IMG/VR virus record: IMGVR_UViG_3300026097_000017
Location: 1-64,000 of that record
Length of the DNA: 64,000 nt
Source: a virus
Strand: one strand, 5' to 3'
The translations under genes were made by a program, and so were the position numbers. Shown here piece by piece: positions 55,845 to 64,000 of this stretch. Positions within the stretch are counted from its first letter, which is position 1; each line of letters begins with the position of its first letter. Under the pieces are notes generated by a model, which was given only the letters and a program-made list of their open reading frames with translations, was not told the origin of the DNA and ran no database searches.

Positions 55845-56249
55845 TTACTTTTTCTTGCCAATATTGTACTTGGCAACTAAATTCCACTCTTCACGTTCCT
55901 TGTAAGGAAGGATTTTAATTTGTGAGAGTGGGCTCGTTGGTGTAGCCGTTTTTGACGGATCCACCAAATCAATCAACTCCCATTCGGCGAGAAGATTGAT
56001 TACAGTATTCCGTCTGGCCATGTCATCTTCATTTGGCCAGTTAGTTGGTTTACCATCGAGAGCAAACAGTTCTTTAAAATGAACTATAAAATATCTGCCT
56101 TGCTTGTGTAGAATATGACAAGATTGAAATAATGTCTTATCTTTCTTTGAAGCAATGCCGATGCGAGTCAAAGTCTCTCGCACTTTCAAAAAGTCATCCT
56201 GTTCTTTTAATTTTATCTCAATCATTGAAGACATATCAAAGATTGTCAT
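55845..56249 (-). CDS. regA: translational repressor RegA
   Basis: DDFLKVRETLTRIGIAS...QSCHILHKQGRYFIVHFKELF.LDG. Confidence 0.95.
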   Translation of the reverse strand: MTIFDMSSMIEIKLKEQDDFLKVRETLTRIGIASKKDKTLFQSCHILHKQGRYFIVHFKELFALDGKPTNWPNEDDMARRNTVINLLAEWELIDLVDPSKTATPTSPLSQIKILPYKEREEWNLVAKYNIGKKK

Positions 56250-56620
56250 TTCATTCCACCTTTATCAAGTTTTGTTTTTATTAATTTTATTTGTTCTTTG
56301 GTGAGAACTTTCTCAGCGTCACATGCCTTAGTGTAAGAATAATTATAATATTCCATAAGCATTTCTACTGTGGCAGACTTACTTTTTTTATGCCATCCGA
56401 AACGTTTTCTTTTACGAACAGTATTTAGTAAAAACTCATATTGTAATTTATTGTCAATATGGTGGTAGAAATTCATCTCATTGCCATGATGCACAGTATC
56501 AATATGCATTGACATGGCACGATTAACAAGGAAGGAAGAATATTCTTTCTCCGCTTGCTTGTCAGTCATCAAATCCTTTTTACTTTCATTGATAGAATTT
56601 ACAAAATCAAATGGATTCAT
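56246..56620 (-). CDS. gp62: clamp loader small subunit (gp62)
   Basis: FDFVNSIN, VNRAMS, RKRKRF.W, KGG. Confidence 0.9.
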   Translation of the reverse strand: MNPFDFVNSINESKKDLMTDKQAEKEYSSFLVNRAMSMHIDTVHHGNEMNFYHHIDNKLQYEFLLNTVRKRKRFGWHKKSKSATVEMLMEYYNYSYTKACDAEKVLTKEQIKLIKTKLDKGGMK

Positions 56621-56787
56621 AATCCCAATAATCCCCAACCGTGATTGGCTACAGCATTTAGGATAATAAAAATCCCAACAAAAAGCTCGAACACCACAAT
56701 AATAGTACGAACGATTGCAACTCTGTCAGCTTTACTGTCATCATCATATGCCTTAGATCCTAATGCTTTAGCCCAAATATTCCACAT
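56617..56787 (-). CDS. small membrane protein
   Basis: WNIWAKALGSKA..DD.KAD.VA.VRT. Confidence 0.7.
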   Translation of the reverse strand: MWNIWAKALGSKAYDDDSKADRVAIVRTIIVVFELFVGIFIILNAVANHGWGLLGL

Positions 56788-57725
56788 TATTGAAACGCAC
56801 ATTCTGACATAATTTCAGTCAGACATGCTACGAGATTAACTTCTTGATCCGCAACGAATGCAGACTTGTAAGAATACTCAGCGACTATCAAGACCAAAGA
56901 TGGTACTGATTCAGGTTTCATGTAATCAGTTGCGGAGTCATATAGTTTACGATACATCATGACAGGATCATTGTCAATATTTTCCACAACCCATTTACGA
57001 ACTTCTTTGAAGTTCCTTTCTTTCATGTGTTGTATTAGACTTTTGATAGATACATCTACTAAATTTACTAGAATACCTGTGTCTATCTTTCCTGACACTG
57101 AATACCGCTGTAATTCATTCAGCACCCGACGGAAGTCAGGGAAGTGCTTCATGATTACCTGAGCAACAACCTTTTCTTCATACTCAATATGTTCTTGAGA
57201 AAGAATCCCATGAATACGCTTCATCAGCTGAGCTGCTAATTTTGGCTTTTCATTGTTAGGAATCTTGAACTCTATTACTGAGCACCTTGAATGGAGAGGA
57301 GATATAATGCGGTTAGCAAAATTACAAGTAAGTATAAACCCACAATTATTACTAAACTCCTCCATAAAGTTGCGAAGAGCAGGCTGAGTAGATTGGGGAT
57401 TGAGATAATCAGCCTCATCAAGGATGACATACTTACGACCACCATCAAAACTGACAGTGCTAGCAAAATTACGAATGTCATTCCGAAGAGTATCGATGTT
57501 TCCATTCATTGAACCATTGATAATAATATAATCACAACCGAGTTCTTCTAGCATGGCGCGAGCAACTGTAGTTTTGCCCATACCTGCTCCACCTGTGAGA
57601 AGAAGGTTAGGAACGTTTCCCTGTTTAATGAACTCTTTAAACGTTTCCTTCATCTCAGGTGAGAGAATCGTATCATCCACTGTGCGTGGGCGATACTTCT
57701 CTACCCATAAAAAATCATCTCTCAT
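56787..57725 (-). CDS. gp44: clamp loader large subunit (gp44)
   Basis: WVEKYRP, GMGKTT, DEAD, PLHSRC. Confidence 0.95.
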   Translation of the reverse strand: MRDDFLWVEKYRPRTVDDTILSPEMKETFKEFIKQGNVPNLLLTGGAGMGKTTVARAMLEELGCDYIIINGSMNGNIDTLRNDIRNFASTVSFDGGRKYVILDEADYLNPQSTQPALRNFMEEFSNNCGFILTCNFANRIISPLHSRCSVIEFKIPNNEKPKLAAQLMKRIHGILSQEHIEYEEKVVAQVIMKHFPDFRRVLNELQRYSVSGKIDTGILVNLVDVSIKSLIQHMKERNFKEVRKWVVENIDNDPVMMYRKLYDSATDYMKPESVPSLVLIVAEYSYKSAFVADQEVNLVACLTEIMSECAFQ

Positions 57726-57742
57726 AATATAGACCTCAAAAA

Positions 57743-58414
57743 TTAAGAATTATACTGGGAATTAGATTCTAAAGCAATCCAGTATTCTAAATTTGCATCA
57801 ACTGATTTAAAATGCGAGATACCCTTTGAAGAGATCTGTACATTATAATCACCGTTGATCAGTTTGAGGTTTTCAGTTTTAAAGATCATGCGGAACTCAG
57901 CATCAGTTTCACCAACTGTCATGGAGAATGTGTCACTTGAGTCATTCTTAACATCAAGAGCAGTCAACTTGATAGTTTCACCATCACCCACTACAGCGAT
58001 TTCAGGCAAACTCATCACACCACAAGCACGTTGTACTTTCTGCAAAATATCATGACTCAGCTGGAACTGAATCTCTGCCTCAGGGAAGTTGGGACTCTTC
58101 TCTGGTGGCTTAGTGATGATAGATTCATCAGCATAACCATAGCGAGTCTTTTGCCCATTGTTATCTACAATCTCTAGACTAGTGTCATTCACATTCACTT
58201 CTGGCTCTTCGAACAAGTCAAGAACAGAAATGAAACGATTTAGTTCGTAGATACCAAAGTTGCGTTCAAAGTTCTCATCAACCTGCGCTTTGGCTAGAAT
58301 ATTTTTTCTAGGAGAAACTGTTGCCAGCGTATTTCCTTCTTTGAACATCATACTAGAATTAATAGTAGAAAAGTTCTTCAGGATGTTAATTGTATTTTCA
58401 CTAATTTTCATCAT
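57743..58414 (-). CDS. gp45: sliding clamp (gp45)
   Basis: ILKNFSTIN, FGIYEL, YWIALE. Confidence 0.95.
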   Translation of the reverse strand: MMKISENTINILKNFSTINSSMMFKEGNTLATVSPRKNILAKAQVDENFERNFGIYELNRFISVLDLFEEPEVNVNDTSLEIVDNNGQKTRYGYADESIITKPPEKSPNFPEAEIQFQLSHDILQKVQRACGVMSLPEIAVVGDGETIKLTALDVKNDSSDTFSMTVGETDAEFRMIFKTENLKLINGDYNVQISSKGISHFKSVDANLEYWIALESNSQYNS

Positions 58415-58418
58415 TACC

Positions 58419-59276
58419 TCACTTCTTCATTTTTTCAATCATATTTTGATCAGCTGTAGGAGATGCCCCAACAGCAGCCAATGCTTGTAGTGTTCCACCA
58501 AAAATGTACATACCTACATGCTTCAGTTCCATCCAAGGCAGATACCAAACTTTGGAATCTGATTCCCTCGCATATTGACAGAACATGTAATCTTCAGAAA
58601 GATAACGTTTAGTTTTGTCATCAATCAATGCTTGGAAGTACATCATGATTTCACGAGAGCCATCAAAGTTTTTCGTACGAACATGGTCAGGTTTGTATGA
58701 ATAGTCTGGCCATTTTTCAGCAAACCGATTAAACACCTTCTTCTTAATCATCATGAATCCTGTACCACCCTCAAGCACTTCGACAGGTTCATTCAGTTTA
58801 ATTTCAGTAGTTCCTGGAACTGGGTTGAAAACATAATCCCCAACAAAAGCATCTAGTGCTGAGGGATTGTCATCAGCATACCCCTTATCGACAGCTTTAG
58901 CAACCTTTTCCCATGCGATAGTTTTCTTAGGATATGGACCACAGAGAACATCATATTCATTATTCTCATCTTCATCATCCATCATTGCTGCCATGGTTAG
59001 GATATAGTTCGGATCAAATCCGATGTCACTATCAATAAACATGAGATGAGTACAGTCAGAACGAATGAACTCATCAACCAAATAGTTGCGAGCACGTGTA
59101 ATCAGTGACTCATTAAACAAGTAGAAAAACCGCACATCAATACCATACTTGGCTGCCAACGTAGCAAGTTCTGTACACGATTTAGTGTAAACCCCAGCAC
59201 ATTGTCCACCATACATTGGTGTCGCAACGAAGATTTTTTTCTTTCTCAACTCATCAACAGAAATTTCAACTTCCAT
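58419..59276 (-). CDS. GT2-like glycosyltransferase
   Basis: VATPMYGG, ESLITRARN, FIDSD, GTGFM, LSEDY.FC. Confidence 0.75.
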   Translation of the reverse strand: MEVEISVDELRKKKIFVATPMYGGQCAGVYTKSCTELATLAAKYGIDVRFFYLFNESLITRARNYLVDEFIRSDCTHLMFIDSDIGFDPNYILTMAAMMDDEDENNEYDVLCGPYPKKTIAWEKVAKAVDKGYADDNPSALDAFVGDYVFNPVPGTTEIKLNEPVEVLEGGTGFMMIKKKVFNRFAEKWPDYSYKPDHVRTKNFDGSREIMMYFQALIDDKTKRYLSEDYMFCQYARESDSKVWYLPWMELKHVGMYIFGGTLQALAAVGASPTADQNMIEKMKK

Positions 59277-59277
59277 A

Positions 59278-59781
59278 CTATTTCCTTTTCAATTTTTTAG
59301 CTTGACGTACAGCTCTATCTAAATGAATTTTATTGGCTCTTTGTTTAAACACGATTCCATCTAAATGATCATACTCGTGCTGAAAGATTCTAGCAGTCAA
59401 GCCAGAGAACTTTTCTGTATGTGTCTCACCATTCGCATCTCGGAAACGCACACGGATTCCCAAAGGTCTTTTAATTTTAACCCATAATTGTTTAAAAGTC
59501 AAGCATCCTTCTTCATAATAATCAGTTTCTTCGCTGAAGTCGACTATCCTAGGATTAAACACTGGAATTATGGATTCAGGTTGGTCAGGATTACCTATGA
59601 TAAACACTCTAAGTGGAATCCCTGCTTGAATAGCAGATAGACCAATACCTTTGTTTGCACACATAGTATCAGTTAAGTTCTGAATTAACTCTTTAGGATC
59701 TGTTTGTGGATTATCAAAATCAAACATTTCAGAAACAGATTTTATTTTAGGATCTGTATCTGGTATCAAATCAAGTATCAT
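59278..59781 (-). CDS. def: peptide deformylase
   Basis: GIGLSAIQ, EGCL, QHEYDHLDG. Confidence 0.92.
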   Translation of the reverse strand: MILDLIPDTDPKIKSVSEMFDFDNPQTDPKELIQNLTDTMCANKGIGLSAIQAGIPLRVFIIGNPDQPESIIPVFNPRIVDFSEETDYYEEGCLTFKQLWVKIKRPLGIRVRFRDANGETHTEKFSGLTARIFQHEYDHLDGIVFKQRANKIHLDRAVRQAKKLKRK

Positions 59782-61499
59782 TATGCCACCATCTTACTAT
59801 AATTACCTTTCTTCTCAAATCGAATCACATCATTGAACCGATCCTGAAGAACATCACCTTTATGACTGATCACGAAGACATTAGTTTCTTCACCAAACGC
59901 ACGAAGAATCTTCATGAAATCTTCAGTACCATTCCCATCCAAACTACTGTCAAAGACTTCGTCTAGAATTAGTAGATTTGTACTCACTGAGTTTTTGAGC
60001 TTTGCGACGGATCTCCAAGTAAATAGGAGAGATAGATCAATCCGCATTTTTTCACCTTCTGAGAAGGAAGCATAACTAAACTCATTCCGATATCGACTGT
60101 TAATTGTTTCACTGAAGTTCTCATCAAGTTCAAAGTTGATATAGAAGTCCATTGAAGCCAAGTATTTATTCACCAACTTGTTAATAATAGGCACATACTG
60201 CTTAATAATTTTAGTTTTAATTCCTGAGTCTTTCAACATCATAGCAGCGAGATTCATCACTTCCCTTTCTTCTGACAAAACTGACTTGGTTCTCATCAGT
60301 CCTGTACCTTCTTCTACTAGAGCTTGCAATTTATCTTGCTCAGGTTGTACACCAGTATCATCATTCGTTGATAGAGATTGTATCTGTTTTTGAACCTGCC
60401 CGATGAAATGATTTTTCGAAGATATTTCAACATTATACTCCGAAATATTTTTTTGTAAAGTATTAATTTCATCAAGTATCTTTTGACGTTCATCTAGTTT
60501 CTCCGCAAGTTCAGTGATTTTTTTCTGTAACTCTTTATCAGCTTTATCCAACTCAGATATTTTATTTTCGTTGGTCTCGATAATTTCTTGCTTAAACTCA
60601 GATTGAATCTCTTGCTTACAACTTGGACAGTTATCATTTTCAGCATAGAACTTTTTCTCTTTCTTAGCTTGTTTGATTTTCTGCTTCAGATCAAAATCTA
60701 TTTCATTAGCTTTGCCTAGTCTGGTTTCCACTTCTCGAAAGTTGTCGGTACTTTTCCCAAGTTTCTCAATTTGTTGTTGAACCTTATTCGTTTTGCCCTC
60801 AAGAGCACTAATTTCTTTTTCAGTGTCTGATATGACTTTCTCATACTCTTTTTTCTTTTTCTCGTTATCATTCTTTAGAGTTTTGATATAGTCCTTTTGT
60901 AGCTTCACCTTCTCTTCAGTCAATGCGATTGCATTTTCATTTTGAGTTGTTCGCTCTTTTAGATCGGCAACTTTTTGCTTCAGAACTACATTCATCCTTG
61001 AAAAGATTTCAATATCAAGTAGATCTTCAATCACTTCACGACGATGCCCTGCTGGCAACTGCATGAATGGTACGAATGCTGATGAACCAAGTATTACAAT
61101 CTGAGTAAATGTTTTGAAGTTTAACTTCAGTATGTTTTTCTCAAGATATTCCTGCTGATCTCTCATAGCAGCTTGTTGATTCAATAATTCACCATTGATA
61201 TAAATCTCAAAGATGACAGGCTTCAAACCACGTATGACTTTGTAATCACGATTACCGATACGAAACTCAATTTCAGTAACCATGTCTCGATTGTTTGATG
61301 TATTCATCAACTGTGGTTTGTTAATCTTTCGGAATGGCTTACCAAACAAACTGAATGTCAAAGCATCCAGCATAGTTGATTTACCAGCACCATTTTGCCC
61401 CACAACTAAACAGCTTGGTTTATCGTCTAATTGTAGTTCCGTGAATGTATTTCCTGTTGAAAGAAAGTTCTTCCATCTAATCGTCTTGAAGTGTATCAC
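59781..61499 (-). CDS. gp46: recombination ATPase gp46 (SbcC/Rad50-like)
   Basis: GQNGAGKS, CPSC hook, FSEGE, LDE, SH. Confidence 0.95.
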   Translation of the reverse strand: MIHFKTIRWKNFLSTGNTFTELQLDDKPSCLVVGQNGAGKSTMLDALTFSLFGKPFRKINKPQLMNTSNNRDMVTEIEFRIGNRDYKVIRGLKPVIFEIYINGELLNQQAAMRDQQEYLEKNILKLNFKTFTQIVILGSSAFVPFMQLPAGHRREVIEDLLDIEIFSRMNVVLKQKVADLKERTTQNENAIALTEEKVKLQKDYIKTLKNDNEKKKKEYEKVISDTEKEISALEGKTNKVQQQIEKLGKSTDNFREVETRLGKANEIDFDLKQKIKQAKKEKKFYAENDNCPSCKQEIQSEFKQEIIETNENKISELDKADKELQKKITELAEKLDERQKILDEINTLQKNISEYNVEISSKNHFIGQVQKQIQSLSTNDDTGVQPEQDKLQALVEEGTGLMRTKSVLSEEREVMNLAAMMLKDSGIKTKIIKQYVPIINKLVNKYLASMDFYINFELDENFSETINSRYRNEFSYASFSEGEKMRIDLSLLFTWRSVAKLKNSVSTNLLILDEVFDSSLDGNGTEDFMKILRAFGEETNVFVISHKGDVLQDRFNDVIRFEKKGNYSKMVA

Positions 61500-62542
61500 T
61501 CGAGATCTAGTGCCTCATGGTATAAGTTTATCAATAATCCTTCTAACTTTTTCTGATTAGAAGTTTGCACACCGCTGACATATTTCTTCAAAATAGTCAT
61601 CGTATCTTCAGCTTCATTTACCAAATCATCATCATTGGTCTGATCAATATTCATATGGTCGTCCACCACTGCAACATCATAAACTCCACTACGATATAAC
61701 TTATCAAGGAAAATGTCAAACGCTGTGGGATCTTTTTTTGTTCGGACGATAACTTTCACAAAACACCCTTCATACAAATCGTATTCATGCTTTTGTGGTT
61801 TGCTGTCATCATAAATGATTTTGTAGAATAACCGATGAGGATTACGAACTTCCACCAAGTCTCCTGTATCAGTGTCAAAAATATGAAACCCACGCCAGTC
61901 ATTATAGTCTGACCATGTCATTTCATAAGGAGAGCCAAGATAAGTGAGATTGTCTCGAGACGATTTGTGATGAAAATGACCAGAAAATACTCTGTCGAAT
62001 TTACTGAATACATTAGTTTGTAGTCCATGATGATTTACCGATCCTCTATACATTTCAAACCCTTGCACTTCTAAATGACCAAATGCATACTTAGCATCAG
62101 TCTTGTTCAAAAGCTCAAAAGTTTCTTCTTCATTTTCAGGGCAGATCCAAGGAATCATCATCAATTTAGTATTGTCAATCGTGACTTCCTGTGGATCCAT
62201 TACTAGATTAAAACCATACTCAGATTTAGAATACAGTTCACGCAAAGCATTTACATGTATCGTGTTCTTGTAATATGAGTCATGATTTCCCACAATAAAA
62301 TGCGCTTCGATACCACGTTCATGGATCGGAAGCATCATATCATCTTCTAAATTTCTGGCAGTAACATAATTGATTTGTTTTCTTTTGTCAACTAGATCAC
62401 CAAGATGAATTAAATGTTTAATATTATGCTTGTCAAGATATGGGAAAAAGAACTCATGGTAGAACTTCTTCATATGATTCGCAAACACAATATTATCATT
62501 GCGCACACCAAAGTGTGTATCAGTAATTAAAGCAACTTTCAC
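61496..62542 (-). CDS. gp47: recombination nuclease gp47 (SbcD/Mre11-like)
   Basis: DTHFG, LGD, GNHD, GH, SGHFH. Confidence 0.95.
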   Translation of the reverse strand: MKVALITDTHFGVRNDNIVFANHMKKFYHEFFFPYLDKHNIKHLIHLGDLVDKRKQINYVTARNLEDDMMLPIHERGIEAHFIVGNHDSYYKNTIHVNALRELYSKSEYGFNLVMDPQEVTIDNTKLMMIPWICPENEEETFELLNKTDAKYAFGHLEVQGFEMYRGSVNHHGLQTNVFSKFDRVFSGHFHHKSSRDNLTYLGSPYEMTWSDYNDWRGFHIFDTDTGDLVEVRNPHRLFYKIIYDDSKPQKHEYDLYEGCFVKVIVRTKKDPTAFDIFLDKLYRSGVYDVAVVDDHMNIDQTNDDDLVNEAEDTMTILKKYVSGVQTSNQKKLEGLLINLYHEALDLE

Positions 62543-63093
62543 TCTGCGTCATCCTCGATGAAGTTTTCTATTCCTACTTTCTTTTTCGCCTTTTTACGCT
62601 TTTCAAGATTAGACTCAAATGTTACCATAAAGTCATCCATATATTCCTGAGCATAATCATTATGAAATGGGCGATTCATTTCTGGAGTTGCTTCTTCAGC
62701 CTGAACCATCTCCATAATTGTAATATTCTTAGTGGAACTGTATTTGACGTAGAGCTGTTTCTTTTCTTTTTGAATCCTGCGTAAAAATGCATAATAGATT
62801 ATCTGCGTGAAATACGCAAAAGGATTACTACTTTTGTCAGGATTAAAATTATTGATGTATTGAACACAGTTCTCCACACCATCAGAGATCATATCTTCTC
62901 TAAATTGATAGCTTATGAAGTTTGGCTTGGTGGATAATCTTCGAGCGATCATCAAAAAACATTCACCCACATAATTGGGAATGATTGGTTTTTCCTTGCC
63001 TTCTTTTTCAGCCTGTTTTACTTTTTCTCGATACTCGATGAGTGAGTTGAGAAACTCTTTGTTGTTGATATAATGAGTTGATTTTCGTGCCAC
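62539..63093 (-). CDS. gp55: late-transcription sigma factor gp55
   Basis: HYINNK, DMISDG.ENC, NPFAYFTQI.YYAFLRRIQKEKKQ. Confidence 0.95.
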   Translation of the reverse strand: MARKSTHYINNKEFLNSLIEYREKVKQAEKEGKEKPIIPNYVGECFLMIARRLSTKPNFISYQFREDMISDGVENCVQYINNFNPDKSSNPFAYFTQIIYYAFLRRIQKEKKQLYVKYSSTKNITIMEMVQAEEATPEMNRPFHNDYAQEYMDDFMVTFESNLEKRKKAKKKVGIENFIEDDAE

Positions 63094-63105
63094 TTAAAAA
63101 ACCTC

Positions 63106-63134
63106 TTGACTTTTTAGTTAATAGTCGGTATAAT
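63106..63134 (+). promoter_or_regulatory. antisense sigma70 promoter TTGACT-N17-TATAAT
   Basis: Near-perfect consensus on the + strand, divergent from gp55. Confidence 0.75.
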
Positions 63135-63160
63135 TCTATATGCGGTTTTTAATAATAATA

Positions 63161-63577
63161 TTAATGCATAAAGTTATCGTTATTTCCAGAAGGTTGCCAT
63201 GCTTCTAACAACTTCTTATAAGATTCCTCATTCATTTTAGGGTGTTTCATAAGTTTGGTATTGGTTGCAAGGCTTTCCTCTTTCGAACTATTATACTCCT
63301 CATTACTCAAAATGTCAAACTCTTCAACGCATTCATTGTACAGTTCTTCTAGTTCTGAACTTATTCCACTTACTGTAATTAATTGACTATTGAATATTGG
63401 ATGAAAAGACCAAGTGCTTCGGGGCAGCCATGGGGTGAGCGAAAGAATTTTCTCACCATCTTCGAAATAAGATAAGACCTGCATGGGATCACTAACAAAC
63501 ATAAAACCACTTTCTTCAGTATCTACAATTTTAGCAACAATGTCTTCACCATTCGACAATTTCAAATATCTGATCAT
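63161..63577 (-). CDS. Sm-like domain protein (uvsW-gp55 interval)
   Basis: LKLSNGEDIVA...PW; conserved position. Confidence 0.7.
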   Translation of the reverse strand: MIRYLKLSNGEDIVAKIVDTEESGFMFVSDPMQVLSYFEDGEKILSLTPWLPRSTWSFHPIFNSQLITVSGISSELEELYNECVEEFDILSNEEYNSSKEESLATNTKLMKHPKMNEESYKKLLEAWQPSGNNDNFMH

Positions 63578-64000
63578 TGTTGTTCTCCCATCTTGATATT
63601 ATATATTCTGTACACAAACTTCTCTTGATTGTATATTTTCATTCGCTCAATAAAATGATTCAGTGTATAGTTATGGTTATCTCTATAACTCAAATCATCA
63701 ACAATGTCATATAAAGTTGCAACTTCTTTATTCTCACCCAACCGCAAAGCTCGACCAATCGATTGTAAAACTCTAACTTTAGATTTAGATGGGCTAGCAA
63801 AAATTATGTTGTGTAGATTGCGTATGTTAATCCCAGTAGAAAAAGTACCAAAGGAAGCAATAATAATGCCATCCGCTTCCTTCTCTGTGAACGATCTAAC
63901 TTCTTCGCGATCTGAAGAAGCGACTCCTCCGTGAATAAAGCTAACGGATCTTGATCCTGCTCGATTTTTGATGTCTTCATATAAGACTGCCCCATGACGA
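63574..64000 (-). CDS. uvsW: UvsW RNA-DNA helicase (C-terminal part; runs off the window)
   Basis: Read manually: ASFGTFSTGINIRNLHNIIFASPSKSKVRVLQSIGR...LYDIVDD. Confidence 0.92.
   Translation of the reverse strand, partial: RHGAVLYEDIKNRAGSRSVSFIHGGVASSDREEVRSFTEKEADGIIIASFGTFSTGINIRNLHNIIFASPSKSKVRVLQSIGRALRLGENKEVATLYDIVDDLSYRDNHNYTLNHFIERMKIYNQEKFVYRIYNIKMGEQQ

Noticed and set aside
123-63934. All plus-strand ORFs in the six-frame track
   Set aside because: Antisense shadows of recognisable minus-strand genes; no motifs recognised
1-64000. Stop-codon reassignment
   Set aside because: Core genes are intact under the standard code and no suppressor tRNA is present

Overview
64-kb segment of a T4-like (myovirus-type) dsDNA phage genome, probably infecting a Gram-negative aquatic bacterium (inferred from spanins, an LpxH-like gene and cyanophage/pelagiphage-like gene order). 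Essentially all real genes are on the minus strand and use the standard code. In transcription order (right to left): uvsW (partial), gp55, gp47/46, peptide deformylase, a glycosyltransferase, gp45/44/62, regA, hsp20, M15 endolysin, rubrerythrin, gp43, a TET/JBP dioxygenase plus glycosyltransferase pair, uvsX, gp41, a late operon of head-associated proteins, a spanin/holin-like cassette, primase, nrdA, Grx-nrdB, a 9-gene glycan-modification operon, a tRNA cluster (Arg, Asn, a 158-nt tRNA-like RNA, a tRNA remnant), thyX and many small accessory genes. The best candidates for novelty are the TET/JBP-glycosyltransferase module at the T4 beta-gt position, the anticodon-less tRNA-Ser-like RNA, the glycan operon, a modular head polyprotein, an EF-hand holin-like protein, a ROSE-like thermometer on hsp20 and a lone antisense sigma70 promoter upstream of gp55. 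Family calls come from motif recognition by eye; no searches were run.
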